A stretch of 45,641 bases of DNA, taken from positions 1 to 45,641 of the forward strand of contig JACRAC010000008.1 in the NCBI GenBank assembly GCA_016213555.1, read 5' to 3'. The DNA is from Candidatus Aenigmatarchaeota archaeon (GTDB lineage Archaea > Aenigmatarchaeota > Aenigmatarchaeia > GW2011-AR5 > JACRAC01). A model generated the notes under the pieces. The model did no database searches. It was given only the letters and a program-made list of their open reading frames with translations, and was not told where the DNA came from. Position 1 is the stretch's first letter; each line of letters opens with the position of its first letter. Below, piece after piece: positions 8,183 through 18,041 of the stretch. The position numbers and the translations under genes are program-made.

Positions 8183-8941
8183 GTGATCTCTATGAAGTTG
8201 AATAAGAATTTGATAATAATATCTATTTTTAGCTTGGTTGTTGCTTCGGTATTTGCATTTGTTCTTTTTTCAAAATCTTCTAATGATGATATATACAAAC
8301 TTAATACAGAAATTCAATTAAGTAGTCCAAATGCTCTCAAAACCATAGGAAATTATTACAAACAATCTAATGAGTCTTATTCGGATAAAGTTACTGTATT
8401 TTTTGTAGGTACTGAATACTGTACATTTTGTGCAGCAGAAAGATGGCCACTTGTAGAGTCATTGAAAAATTTCGGTTCTTTTGAAGGTCTTGGTTCCTTA
8501 ACAACTCCTTCTATAGGTGGGGAATACTCTGATCTACCTACATATACCTTTATTGGAGTAAAATACAATAGCAGTTATCTAAGTTTTAGCAATAAAGAGA
8601 CATATAATAAAAATTATGATGAGTTAGAAAAGCTTACACCACAAGAAGTAAAGATAGTTGATAAATATAATCCATCTGGAGGAGCACCTTTTTTAATGAT
8701 AGCTGGTAAGAAAGGAGTTTATACTCAAGTTAGTTCTGGTTATTCTCCTGCAACATTGTCTGGATTGACATTTTCACAAATTCAAGATAACCTTAAGAAT
8801 AATACTGATACAAAAGAAGTTATGTCTATAAACAAAGAAGCTGATATTATCACAGCTATAATTTGCCACAATAATGATAACCAACCAGAAAATATTTGTA
8901 CTAGGCCATCTATAAAGAGCTTAGTTGAAAAAATTATATAG
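8183..8941 (+). CDS. DUF929-like thioredoxin-fold protein (CxxCAAERW motif)
   Basis: N-terminal TM. FFVGTEYCTFCAAERWPLVESL is the motif I associate with DUF929. Alternative ATG start at 8192. Confidence 0.6.
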   Translation: MISMKLNKNLIIISIFSLVVASVFAFVLFSKSSNDDIYKLNTEIQLSSPNALKTIGNYYKQSNESYSDKVTVFFVGTEYCTFCAAERWPLVESLKNFGSFEGLGSLTTPSIGGEYSDLPTYTFIGVKYNSSYLSFSNKETYNKNYDELEKLTPQEVKIVDKYNPSGGAPFLMIAGKKGVYTQVSSGYSPATLSGLTFSQIQDNLKNNTDTKEVMSINKEADIITAIICHNNDNQPENICTRPSIKSLVEKII

Positions 8942-9001
8942 TCATATGCTAGAAAGAATTTAAAAAATCTTTCTGCAAATAAAAAATTAGAGGGTTTCAA
9001 G

Positions 9002-9511
9002 ATGAAAAAAATTATCTTAATATTGGTCTTTGCTATATTGTTAGCTATACCAGGATTTAGTCATCAATCAGCTAGTGTGAATAATTTGACTATTGAGATA
9101 GATACACAACCTAATGAACCTCCTATCGCTGGAGACACATCTATAATAACCTTTGATGTAACAAAAGCAGACGGAGAGCATCCTAATCATACTGATATTT
9201 ACTTTAATTTAACTAAAGATGGCAAGCTGATAGTAACTAACTATTATATACACAGTCATTTAGGTACTCCATCTTATGCACAATATTTTGAATCTTCTGG
9301 TATATACAAGATGGATATTCTTATAGAACCATCTGATCATTATGAAGATTCTTATAAATTTGAGCCATTTACAGTAGAATTCAATATTACTGTTAATCCA
9401 AATACTTCTAACCCTAATAGTCAGAATAATTTGGTTATGTATGGTATTCTTATTACTATAGTAATTATAATTTCTTTGATTGTTTTGTTAAGAAAAAAGA
9501 TCTTTAGGTAA
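9002..9511 (+). CDS. exported beta-rich protein with C-terminal TM anchor
   Basis: Signal peptide, His-containing Ig-like region (DGEHPNHTDIYF..HSH) and a C-terminal TM with RKKIFR tail. Confidence 0.45.
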   Translation: MKKIILILVFAILLAIPGFSHQSASVNNLTIEIDTQPNEPPIAGDTSIITFDVTKADGEHPNHTDIYFNLTKDGKLIVTNYYIHSHLGTPSYAQYFESSGIYKMDILIEPSDHYEDSYKFEPFTVEFNITVNPNTSNPNSQNNLVMYGILITIVIIISLIVLLRKKIFR

Positions 9512-9515
9512 TTTT

Positions 9516-10118
9516 ATGGAACATAAATGTGATCAATGTACTAGAACATTTGCTAGTATAGAAGGATTGAGTAGTCATAAGAAAGATAAACATACTGACT
9601 TAGTTGCTAGCAGCGAAGTTTCTAAGTCCAATTGGCATCTGTATGCTGTAATTGCAGTCATAATTCTTATTGTTATAGGATTAGGCGTTTTCTTTTTAAC
9701 ACAACCTAAATCAGATTCTCTGGATGTTATTCCATGTAATAACATGGAACAAAATGGGTTTCATATTCATGCGCATCTTGATATATTTGTTGATGGTCAA
9801 TTATATACAGTTCCTGCTGGTATAGGTATAACAAATACATGTCTTTATTGGCTTCATACTCATGATTACAGTGGAATTATTCATATAGAAGCTCCATCAA
9901 AGAGAACTTTTATGTTAGGACAGTTTCTTGATATATGGAAGAAATCATCTGTTGATTCTACTATGCCTATAGGATCACCTATAGCTTATGTCAATGGTAA
10001 AGATGTTTCTGTAGATTATAGAAATATTGAACTAAATTCTCATGATGAAATCGCGCTTGTTTATGGTAAAGCTCCTAAGGTAGTTCCTTCTTCATATGAT
10101 TTTCCTCCAGGAGAGTGA
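9516..10118 (+). CDS. C2H2 zinc finger - TM - extracytoplasmic His-rich domain protein
   Basis: CDQC-x12-H-x4-H classical C2H2 finger at the N-terminus and one TM (LYAVIAVIILIVIGLGVFFL). C-terminal GFHIHAHLDIFVDG...CLYWLHTHDYSGIIHIE. Confidence 0.6.
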   Translation: MEHKCDQCTRTFASIEGLSSHKKDKHTDLVASSEVSKSNWHLYAVIAVIILIVIGLGVFFLTQPKSDSLDVIPCNNMEQNGFHIHAHLDIFVDGQLYTVPAGIGITNTCLYWLHTHDYSGIIHIEAPSKRTFMLGQFLDIWKKSSVDSTMPIGSPIAYVNGKDVSVDYRNIELNSHDEIALVYGKAPKVVPSSYDFPPGE

Positions 10119-10182
10119 ATTTAGATTTCTTTTTAGTTAAGTTTATAGTCTAGTTTAATAAATACTAATTCTGTGGTGTTTG

Positions 10183-10210
10183 TTTCAAATCACTTGAGTG
10201 TGATTTGAAA
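10183..10210 (+). terminator. 11-bp stem hairpin downstream of 9516..10118
   Basis: tttcaaatcac / ttgagt / gtgatttgaaa. Confidence 0.35.
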
Positions 10211-10265
10211 ACTTAGTCGCATTCAAACAGAATGCTTCTAATTATTAAACGCCTTGGTGTTTAAC

Positions 10266-10784
10266 ATGGGAGAGATATATTTATTTACAGGGCCTGGAGG
10301 CGGTAAGACTACAAATGCCTTGGGATTAGCACTAAGATCTATTGGACATGATCATAAGGTTATTATAATACAATTTTTGAAGTGGTGGAAGCAAACAGGC
10401 GAGTATAAAGTACAAGACAAACTGACTCCGTTTTATGAGATACATCAGTTTGGTAGAAAGGGTTGGATTGGTCTTGAGAATCTTACAGATGATGATAGAA
10501 AACTTGCAAGAGAAGCGATGGAGTTTACTGAAAAAGCTGTAGAGGAAAAAAATCCTAATCTTCTTGTGTTAGATGAGCTCAATTTAGCAGCACATTGTAA
10601 TCTGGTTCCTATGGATGATATAATTGCTTGGTTGCAAAGACTAAAGCAAAGGAAAGATATGACAATAGCTATAACAGGAAGACATGCACCTGAGAGGCTT
10701 TTGGAGATATCAGATTATGTTAATATTATAGAGGTAAAGAAGATACCTAAAGAGTTTGGTACAACTAAAGGAATACAGTGGTAA
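10266..10784 (+). CDS. CobA/CobO/BtuR-family corrinoid adenosyltransferase-like P-loop protein
   Basis: GPGGGKTTNALGLALRSIGH, VIIIQFLK, LVLDELN and ITGRHAP motifs. ATG at 10266 has GGTG 6 nt upstream (the ORF track starts at TTG 10254). Confidence 0.7.
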   Translation: MGEIYLFTGPGGGKTTNALGLALRSIGHDHKVIIIQFLKWWKQTGEYKVQDKLTPFYEIHQFGRKGWIGLENLTDDDRKLAREAMEFTEKAVEEKNPNLLVLDELNLAAHCNLVPMDDIIAWLQRLKQRKDMTIAITGRHAPERLLEISDYVNIIEVKKIPKEFGTTKGIQW

Positions 10785-11054
10785 TGCGCTTAAATCTTTT
10801 CTATTTATTTATTCTTGAAGGTGAGTAAAACTAAGTTGCAATTCTTTCAGAACGGCTCCTTATTTTTCAACATCTCAAAAAATCCGGTGATTGAAAATTG
10901 TAGATAAGGCAGATAAGAAGAAAAAGCCAGGATGTTGTTGCTAAATTAGATTCTTTCTTTTTTGTTTTCCTATTTAAGTTCTATTATAAAATCTGATGCA
11001 CTCCTCTAGTTCATTATAGAGATCATAGATTTCTTATTCATATGCTTCGTCTGT

Positions 11055-11753
11055 CTAAACTACTACTCCTAACATTAATCCTATTCCATAGCCTGCTAAT
11101 GCAGACGCTATTCCTATGATTGCTATTTCCAAACCGCTTTTTATTGGACTGCCTGTTGTTATTCTAGCTTTCTGAACTCCTACAATGAATAAAATTATTA
11201 ATGAGAATATTATAGATCCTATTACAGCAGCTGTTACTGGCATGAATAAAAATGCTATTAATGGTATGAATGAACCTATCATCGCAGAAATTCCTACTAA
11301 TATAGCACTTTTTATAGGGCTTTGTTTTATATCATCTATAAGATTTAACTCTTCTTTCATCATTGTGTCGATCCAAAGTTTTTTGTTGGAGGTTATATGT
11401 TTTACTATGTCATTTAGTAATTTACCACGAAAACCTTTCTTGTGATATATGTCTCTAATTTCTTTCTTTTCTTCAAGAGGCATGTTTTCTATTTCCCATT
11501 TTTCTCTTTCTAACTCTGCCTTATAGAAATCTTTTTCTGATTTTGTTGAAGTGTATGCTACAGCTGCCATTGATATAGATTCTGCAAAAGCAGCTGCCAA
11601 TCCTGCTATCATTATTATTTTTAAATCTCCTGAAGCAACTGCCACTGCTAAGACAATTCCTAATACGTTTACTAACCCGTCTTGAAATCCTAGTATAAAG
11701 TCTCTTAAATCAGAACCAGATGTCTTATGCTTTTCCTTATGAAATAGTACCAT
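11055..11753 (-). CDS. VIT1/CCC1-family iron/manganese transporter
   Basis: DFILGFQDGLVNVLGIVLAVAVAS, a central helical cytoplasmic insert and C-terminal TMs. Confidence 0.8.
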   Translation of the reverse strand: MVLFHKEKHKTSGSDLRDFILGFQDGLVNVLGIVLAVAVASGDLKIIMIAGLAAAFAESISMAAVAYTSTKSEKDFYKAELEREKWEIENMPLEEKKEIRDIYHKKGFRGKLLNDIVKHITSNKKLWIDTMMKEELNLIDDIKQSPIKSAILVGISAMIGSFIPLIAFLFMPVTAAVIGSIIFSLIILFIVGVQKARITTGSPIKSGLEIAIIGIASALAGYGIGLMLGVVV

Positions 11754-11804
11754 AGTTATAGCTTGTTTAGATGATTTTTATACATTTATTACTTAGTAAA
11801 TTAT

Positions 11805-12824
11805 ATGACAATCGTTCTTGGTATAGAAAGCACGTCACATACTTTTGGGGTTGGTATTTTAAAACATGAAGATGATAAAACAGAGTTTTTAGCAAATTAT
11901 AAAAGTGTTTTTAAACCAGAAAAAGGAAAAGGTATTGATCCATCTATATGCGCACAGCACCATAAGGATGTAAGAGAAAAAGTGCTTAAAAAAGCTTTGG
12001 ATAAAGCATGTATTTCTTTGGAACAGGTAGATGTTATTGCTTATTCTTGTGGGCCTGGATTACCTCCTTGCTTGCTTGCTGGTTTAGAACTAGTTCAAAA
12101 GATTTCTTCGGATTATAATATTTCTGTGGTTCCTGTAAATCATTGTATTGCACATATCGAGATTGCAAAATTTTCTGGTGGATTAAAAGATTCTATTATT
12201 CTTTATGTATCTGGAGGAAATACACAAGTTATAGGTTATTCTGAAGGAAGATATAGAATTTTTGGAGAAACAATGGATATTGGAATAGGAAATGCATTTG
12301 ATGTTTTTGCAAGAGAAATTGGATTGGACTTTCCAGGAGGACCAAAGATAGATGAATTATCAAGAAATGGAAAAGAAAGAGGAAATTATATTGAGCTTCC
12401 TTATGTTGTAAAAGGTATGGATCTTTCTTTCAGTGGAATAGTTTCTGATGCTGTTAGGAGATGGAATAAGAGTGACAAGAGTCATAAGTTTAAGGAAGAT
12501 CTATGCTTTTCTTTTCAAGAAACTGTTTTTGCTATGTTAACAGAAGTTGCAGAAAGAGCTCTGTCACATACAAAGAAAAATGAATTTGTTTTAACAGGTG
12601 GTGTTGCAGCATCTGAAAGACTACAAGAAATGTTATCTATGATGTGTAGAGATAGAGGAGTTATCTTCTATGGATGTCCTAGAGAGTATGCTGGAGATAA
12701 TGGATTAATGATAGCCTATGCTGGATTGATTCAATATAATACTGGAAAATGTGTTATAGATGGCAACAAAGCTGACTTTAATCCAAGTTGGAGAACAGAT
12801 GAGGTAGATGTTTCATGGATCTGA
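11805..12824 (+). CDS. kae1: tRNA N6-adenosine threonylcarbamoyltransferase Kae1
   Basis: LGIESTSHTFGVGI, VNHCIAHIE, YVSGGNTQV and GDNGLMIA motifs. Confidence 0.9.
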   Translation: MTIVLGIESTSHTFGVGILKHEDDKTEFLANYKSVFKPEKGKGIDPSICAQHHKDVREKVLKKALDKACISLEQVDVIAYSCGPGLPPCLLAGLELVQKISSDYNISVVPVNHCIAHIEIAKFSGGLKDSIILYVSGGNTQVIGYSEGRYRIFGETMDIGIGNAFDVFAREIGLDFPGGPKIDELSRNGKERGNYIELPYVVKGMDLSFSGIVSDAVRRWNKSDKSHKFKEDLCFSFQETVFAMLTEVAERALSHTKKNEFVLTGGVAASERLQEMLSMMCRDRGVIFYGCPREYAGDNGLMIAYAGLIQYNTGKCVIDGNKADFNPSWRTDEVDVSWI

Positions 12825-13249
12825 AAAGAGGAGTAGATTTTATTGGAGTTAGTATAATATATTTTTGTCATGATGGAAAAGGAAATTTTCTCATGGCTAA
12901 AAGAAATAATAATACTACAGATGAACATGGAAGATGGGACATCGGAGGTGGCAAATTAGAGTTTGGAGATTCTGTTGAAAATACTTTGAGGAGAGAAATT
13001 ATTGAAGAATATTGCACAGATGTTATTAGTTTTGAATTTTTAGGTTATAGAGATGTTCACAGGATTCATAATGACAAAAAAACTCATTGGATAGGACTAG
13101 ATTTCAAAGTTCTTATTGATCCTAATAAGGTAAAAATAGGGGAACCTAATAAATTTGATCAAATAGGATGGTTTACTCTTAAAAATATACCGGAAAATAT
13201 ACATTCTCAACTTCCAAAATTCTTTGAACTTTATAAAAATAAAATATAG
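12815..13249 (+). CDS. NUDIX hydrolase
   Basis: Nudix box GGGKLEFGDSVENTLRREIIEE. Overlaps the kae1 stop by 10 nt. Confidence 0.8.
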   Translation: MDLKRGVDFIGVSIIYFCHDGKGNFLMAKRNNNTTDEHGRWDIGGGKLEFGDSVENTLRREIIEEYCTDVISFEFLGYRDVHRIHNDKKTHWIGLDFKVLIDPNKVKIGEPNKFDQIGWFTLKNIPENIHSQLPKFFELYKNKI

Positions 13250-13256
13250 TAATTAT

Positions 13257-13838
13257 CTAAATTTTTGATGTTATTGCATCTATTTCTCTTAGCGCTTGTC
13301 TAGCATCAAATATTGAAGGTTCTCCTACTAATCCTCTATAAATTTCATACAAAACTCCTTTTATGTTAGCGTCTACAACTCCTACATGTATATCATCTGC
13401 TATTTCTGCTTCAGATATGAAACATGCTGCAGAGAAATTAGTAAATCCTAATCTTTCGAAAATATATTTTATTCTTGTTATCTTTTTGGCTCTTGATGAG
13501 TATTCTGTCACATAACATAATTTTTTATCCTTCATTTTTAGTAGCTTGGGAAAATTTTCTTCTAAATAAACAAGAACTCTAGTTTCTCTTTCTCCTCCTA
13601 TGACATGTCCTGTATATGTTAAATCTTTATGAAGCAAAGCATTCCCTTTTGGATCAAAAATAAAATATTCAAGACTATTTTTACCTTTATACTCTCTTGC
13701 CCATACTTTTCTAAACCACTGTTCTGACATTATAGTGCTTCTACCAGATATCAATACACCTTCATATCCATTATCATGGACATATCTGGCTACTGAGGAA
13801 ACACCATGACTTAATATATCTATTTCGCTTCTATCCAT
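13257..13838 (-). CDS. hypothetical protein
   Basis: 193-aa ORF with normal composition and no motif I can name. Confidence 0.4.
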   Translation of the reverse strand: MDRSEIDILSHGVSSVARYVHDNGYEGVLISGRSTIMSEQWFRKVWAREYKGKNSLEYFIFDPKGNALLHKDLTYTGHVIGGERETRVLVYLEENFPKLLKMKDKKLCYVTEYSSRAKKITRIKYIFERLGFTNFSAACFISEAEIADDIHVGVVDANIKGVLYEIYRGLVGEPSIFDARQALREIDAITSKI

Positions 13839-13948
13839 AATTTTTGATTAGCCTAAATCTATTAAAAGTCATTACTCTATGCTAATAACTAATAAAATAT
13901 AAGCTAAATTATTTACAACAACTAGGTTTCTTTTTCTTATCCATAAAC

Positions 13949-14365
13949 TCACCTCACTATTAACTTTCCAGTTCCCATTCCCATTGAACAAGTTACTGGA
14001 AATTCTCCTGCCTTATTTGCAGTGAAAACTATTTTATTATCGTCGTTGCTTAGGTATTTTCTTAAGCTAAGAGATGGGATAAGAAAACTTCTGTAACATC
14101 CCGATATTGTATTCATGTCAGCCACTATAGTAACTTCATCACCAACATTAACAGAAGTTGGGGTAAATTTGTATATATTTCCTGTCATTGACATTTTTAC
14201 TGTTATATTCCCATTCTCAGATGTTTTTATTGGTTGTTTATCTTGATTAATTATAGGTAGTTCTGTTGTATTTTTAGGAGCTGATATTATTGCACTAGCT
14301 GCAACAATAAAAAAAGACACTATAACTACAATTCCTAATATTGCCACCATATTTTTTCTGTCCAT
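13949..14365 (-). CDS. exported cupredoxin-like metal-binding protein
   Basis: N-terminal TM. FTPTSVNVGDEVTI...GEFPVTCSMGMGTGKLIV is typical of Cupredoxin_1 proteins found next to CopA. Confidence 0.65.
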   Translation of the reverse strand: MDRKNMVAILGIVVIVSFFIVAASAIISAPKNTTELPIINQDKQPIKTSENGNITVKMSMTGNIYKFTPTSVNVGDEVTIVADMNTISGCYRSFLIPSLSLRKYLSNDDNKIVFTANKAGEFPVTCSMGMGTGKLIVR

Positions 14366-14458
14366 TTTATCACCTTCTAAGAAGAGGAACCCCGCTTGAT
14401 ATATTCGGTATCTTTTCGTTTATCTCTTCTACAGTATACCTCTCCTTTATAGTTTTTA

Positions 14459-16645
14459 TTATAATTTTCTGAATTTTAATAGTATTGAGTTTGACACAAC
14501 TGATACTGAGCTAAGAGCCATTGCACCGCCTGCTATTACAGGACTTAATAGTATACCTGTTGATGTATATAGTACGCCCGCTGCTATAGGAATTCCTACT
14601 ATATTATATATCATAGCCCAAAACATGTTTTGTTTTATTTTGTTAAGAGTCATTCTGCTTAGTCTAAGAGCTCTTACAACATCTGTAGTGTTGTTTTTCA
14701 TTAGTATTATACCGCCAGTTTCTACTGCAACATCTGTTCCAGATCCCATAGCTATTCCTACATCTGCCTGAGCCAGAGCAGGAGCATCGTTTATTCCATC
14801 TCCTACCATTGCTACGATAAATTTTTTCTGTAATTTTTTCACATATGCAGCTTTTTGATTTGGTAGAACTTCAAAAAATACATTTTCTATACCTACTTTT
14901 TTTGCAATAGCTTTTGCTGTTCTTTCATTGTCTCCTGTTATCATATAGACTTGTATTTTTTGTTTTTTCAAAAGTTCTATAGCTTCTATTGAACTTTCTC
15001 TTATCACATCTGCAACAGCTAACAATCCAATAACTTTCTTATTTTCTGCAACTATCATTACTGTTTTTCCTTCATTTTCCATTTCTTTTATAGCATCTAT
15101 TTGATTTACTTTTATTTTTTCATCTTTCATTAATTTTATGTTTCCTATAGTTATTTTATTTGAACCTATTTTTCCCTGTACCCCATGACCTATTATTGCT
15201 TTAAACACTGAAACATCTTTCAAAGATATTTTTCTTTCTTTTGACTTTAGTATAATAGCTTCTGCAAGAGGATGTTCTGATTTATTTTCTATGCTAGCAG
15301 CTATCTGCAACAGGTATTTTTCATCTACGTCATATGTTTCAATATCTGTAACTTTTGGGTTACCTTCTGTTATTGTTCCTGTTTTATCAAAAACAACACA
15401 GTTTACTTTGCTTGCTGTTTCAAGGACTTCTCCATTTCTTATCAATATTCCATTTTGTGCAGCTTTTCCAGTACCTACCATTATTGCAGTTGGAGTTGCA
15501 AGACCAAGTGCACAAGGACATGCTATTACTATGACTGCTACGCCTACTATAAGTGCAAAAGAAAATGTAGCTCCTAATACAAAATACCATAGTAAAAATG
15601 TAGCTAATGATATTGACACAACTGCAGGAACAAAATATGCTGATATTTGGTCAGCAAATCTTTGTATTGGAGCCCGTGACCCTTGAGCATCTTCAACCAT
15701 TCTGATAATTTGCGATAATGTTGTATCTGAGCCTACTCTTGTTGCTTTGAATGTAAATGATCCATGCTTGTTTATTGTTGCACCTGTTACTGTATCTCCT
15801 TTATGTTTTTCAATAGGCATGCTTTCTCCTGTTATCATTGACTCGTCTATTGTAGAATAACCTGATATTATTATGCCATCAACTGGTATTTTTTCTCCAG
15901 GTTTTACTATAATTTGATCTCCTATTCTTACGTCATCTATTTGTATTGTAATCTCCTTACCTTTTCTTATTACTCTTGCCTTTTTAGGTGATAACTTAAT
16001 TAAAGAGCTTATTGCTTCGCTAGCTCTCCCTTTTGCAAGAGCTTCAAGATATTTTCCAAGTATTACTAGAGTTATCAAAACTGCAGATACTTCAAAATAT
16101 AATTCTGCCATTGGATTTGTTAGCATGTTGTATATACTGAAGAAATATGCTACTGATGTACCTATAGCTATTAGGGTATCCATGTTAGCTGTCTTATTTC
16201 TTAATGCAAGAAACATACCTCTATAAAAGTAATATCCTATTCCAAACTGGACTGGTGTAGATAATATAAGAAGTATGTATTCTTTTCCTGGAAGATGCAT
16301 GAAAAACATGCTTATTACTAGTGTAGGAATGCTTAGCGCAGCGCTTGCTAAAAGAAGCATTCTCATTTTAGAAAGCTCTTTAGCTCTTTCTATTTTATCA
16401 CGATCTATATCTGCTACGTCTATAGGAGAAGCAGTGTACCCTAAATTCTCTATTATTTTAACAATATTTTCTTCTGTTATAATACTAGATTCATACTCTA
16501 TCTTAGCTTTTTCTGATGAGAAGTTTACATTTGAATATTTTATTCCCTTTGTTTTGTTAAGTTTTTTCGTTATGTTATTTGCACAACTAACACAATGCAT
16601 TCCTTTGATAGATAGATTAGCTTTTTTTATTTCTTCCTTTTTCAT
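14459..16645 (-). CDS. copA: copper-translocating P1B-type ATPase
   Basis: HMA domain [13 protein letters not shown] motif ([11 protein letters not shown]), DKTGTIT and [10 protein letters not shown]. Confidence 0.92.
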   Translation of the reverse strand: MKKEEIKKANLSIKGMHCVSCANNITKKLNKTKGIKYSNVNFSSEKAKIEYESSIITEENIVKIIENLGYTASPIDVADIDRDKIERAKELSKMRMLLLASAALSIPTLVISMFFMHLPGKEYILLILSTPVQFGIGYYFYRGMFLALRNKTANMDTLIAIGTSVAYFFSIYNMLTNPMAELYFEVSAVLITLVILGKYLEALAKGRASEAISSLIKLSPKKARVIRKGKEITIQIDDVRIGDQIIVKPGEKIPVDGIIISGYSTIDESMITGESMPIEKHKGDTVTGATINKHGSFTFKATRVGSDTTLSQIIRMVEDAQGSRAPIQRFADQISAYFVPAVVSISLATFLLWYFVLGATFSFALIVGVAVIVIACPCALGLATPTAIMVGTGKAAQNGILIRNGEVLETASKVNCVVFDKTGTITEGNPKVTDIETYDVDEKYLLQIAASIENKSEHPLAEAIILKSKERKISLKDVSVFKAIIGHGVQGKIGSNKITIGNIKLMKDEKIKVNQIDAIKEMENEGKTVMIVAENKKVIGLLAVADVIRESSIEAIELLKKQKIQVYMITGDNERTAKAIAKKVGIENVFFEVLPNQKAAYVKKLQKKFIVAMVGDGINDAPALAQADVGIAMGSGTDVAVETGGIILMKNNTTDVVRALRLSRMTLNKIKQNMFWAMIYNIVGIPIAAGVLYTSTGILLSPVIAGGAMALSSVSVVSNSILLKFRKL

Positions 16646-16649
16646 ATGA

Positions 16650-17366
16650 TCACACTATAGTTACTGTGAGAATTGATTTTGGACCCCATACCATTATTGC
16701 TGTTAAAATTATTGCGAACATAAACATAGCGCTTAGATAGATGGCCATATCATATTTATCGTATTTTGCTAAATTTTCTCTATGCTCCTCGTGTTCTTTG
16801 TATACCATATAGCTCATTCCAGCCAGTGTGGTTGAGCATATTCCTATCAAAATAGGCATAAAGAGTAGTATATTATCACTGATAAGCATCACTGATATCA
16901 TTGCACCCATTGTTCCTGACATCAATCCAGCCATCATGCTTTCAAGTGTTGACATTATTCCACAGGTTCTTGTACACCATACACCTATTCCTATTCCAGT
17001 AGATAATCCTACTAAACTTCCTATAAACATTCCGTTTGTTGCTCCTACAATTGCACCCATCATAAATCCTGACATCATTCCTACAGTCATTCCAATCATC
17101 ATTCCTGTAGAGCATGAGAAGTATTTTCTATAATGTTTTATATGCCATACTGCAGATCCTATGAATACAGTAGAAATTATTATGTAAATCATGAATTGAA
17201 TTAATACTACATTAAAGTGCTTTATGAAAGCAAAGAAAAACATAATTTCTGCTATTGATAGTATGATGAAGGCTATTATCGCTAGGAGGATCATATTTTT
17301 TTCTGCTTTTAGTAATTTTATTTTTGTTTCAGTCTTAATATTTTGATCTGTCAATATATTCACCAA
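16650..17366 (-). CDS. Met/Gly-rich polytopic membrane protein
   Basis: About 7 TM helices with [16 protein letters not shown] and [17 protein letters not shown] tracts. 4 nt upstream of copA. Confidence 0.55.
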   Translation of the reverse strand: MVNILTDQNIKTETKIKLLKAEKNMILLAIIAFIILSIAEIMFFFAFIKHFNVVLIQFMIYIIISTVFIGSAVWHIKHYRKYFSCSTGMMIGMTVGMMSGFMMGAIVGATNGMFIGSLVGLSTGIGIGVWCTRTCGIMSTLESMMAGLMSGTMGAMISVMLISDNILLFMPILIGICSTTLAGMSYMVYKEHEEHRENLAKYDKYDMAIYLSAMFMFAIILTAIMVWGPKSILTVTIV

Positions 17367-17399
17367 TCTAATGTTAATAGTTTATAAGAAATAGGATAT

Positions 17400-17430
17400 A
17401 AACAATTGTATGAAACTGGTTTCATTGTTT
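17400..17430. promoter_or_regulatory. inverted AAACAAT / ATGAAAC motifs between regulator and Met-rich membrane gene
   Basis: aaacaattgtATGAAACtgGTTTCATtgttt. Confidence 0.4.
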
Positions 17431-17438
17431 TATAACGG

Positions 17439-17939
17439 TTACTTACTTTTTAATATAACAATATTACTCATGCCATGCCTTTTTCTTTCAACTAATCCTT
17501 GTATCTCCATTTTATCTAGGAGTCTGCTTACTTTTACTTTATTCATTCCTGATTTTGTAACAAGCTCTCCTTGTAGGATAGATCCTTCAGAATTTGATAT
17601 AATCTCATATATTTTCTTTGTTTCCTGACTAAGGTATTTTGGTTTAGGATAATATTTTTTAATTATAATTTCTTTTACAGTTTCCTTACTTTTAATATTA
17701 TTTATTAAAAGTATTCCTAGTCCTACAAATAATAGAATTACAGCAGAACCTAGAATGATTGTAAAATTAATATTACTTTGATCATGTAGGCATGTACTAC
17801 CTATGTAACAACTTCCTGTTTCATTCATTAGTTCTGTTGCTAAATTATCAGAATTAATTTTATTATATAAAGAGAAGAGTCCTAAGCCTAAAGATACTAT
17901 TATGAGAAAAATTCCTATATATTTTAACATTTTTTGCAT
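17439..17939 (-). CDS. membrane-tethered winged-helix regulator (small paralog type of 2019..2864)
   Basis: Two TMs flank a Cys-containing loop (GSCYIGSTCLH). C-terminal wHTH SQETKKIYEII...VSRLLDKMEIQGLVERKRHG. Confidence 0.6.
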   Translation of the reverse strand: MQKMLKYIGIFLIIVSLGLGLFSLYNKINSDNLATELMNETGSCYIGSTCLHDQSNINFTIILGSAVILLFVGLGILLINNIKSKETVKEIIIKKYYPKPKYLSQETKKIYEIISNSEGSILQGELVTKSGMNKVKVSRLLDKMEIQGLVERKRHGMSNIVILKSK

Positions 17940-18041
17940 ATAAGTTACCTTTAATATCTTTTAAAAATAGTCTTTATCTTTGAATGGCTTATGCTATTTC
18001 TTTATAGAATTTATTTATATAGCTATCATTTATTTGAATTT

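Noticed and set aside
10140-10253. Possible cobalamin riboswitch upstream of the CobA/CobO-like gene
   Set aside because: Only one simple 11-bp hairpin is present. The region is far too short and AT-rich for a B12 element, and I see no B12-box-like sequence. The hairpin is more simply a terminator of the upstream gene.
10891-10944. 17-codon frame ending KKKKPGCCC, reminiscent of lipidation motifs
   Set aside because: The only SD-like GGTGA abuts the TTG start with no spacing, and the frame is tiny and unsupported by any other evidence. It is kept only as a note within the gap finding.
15291-17133. Antisense ORFs inside copA and the Met-rich membrane gene (15291..15686, 16275..16649, 16828..17133)
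   Set aside because: These are shadows of genes with unambiguous motifs on the other strand. The same reasoning applies to 7264..7488, 7709..7942, 8377..8568, 11185..11445, 24324..24551, 24726..25049, 25251..25520, 31084..31573, 32944..33533, 39523..40458, 41817..42008, 44530..44718 and 45155..45340.
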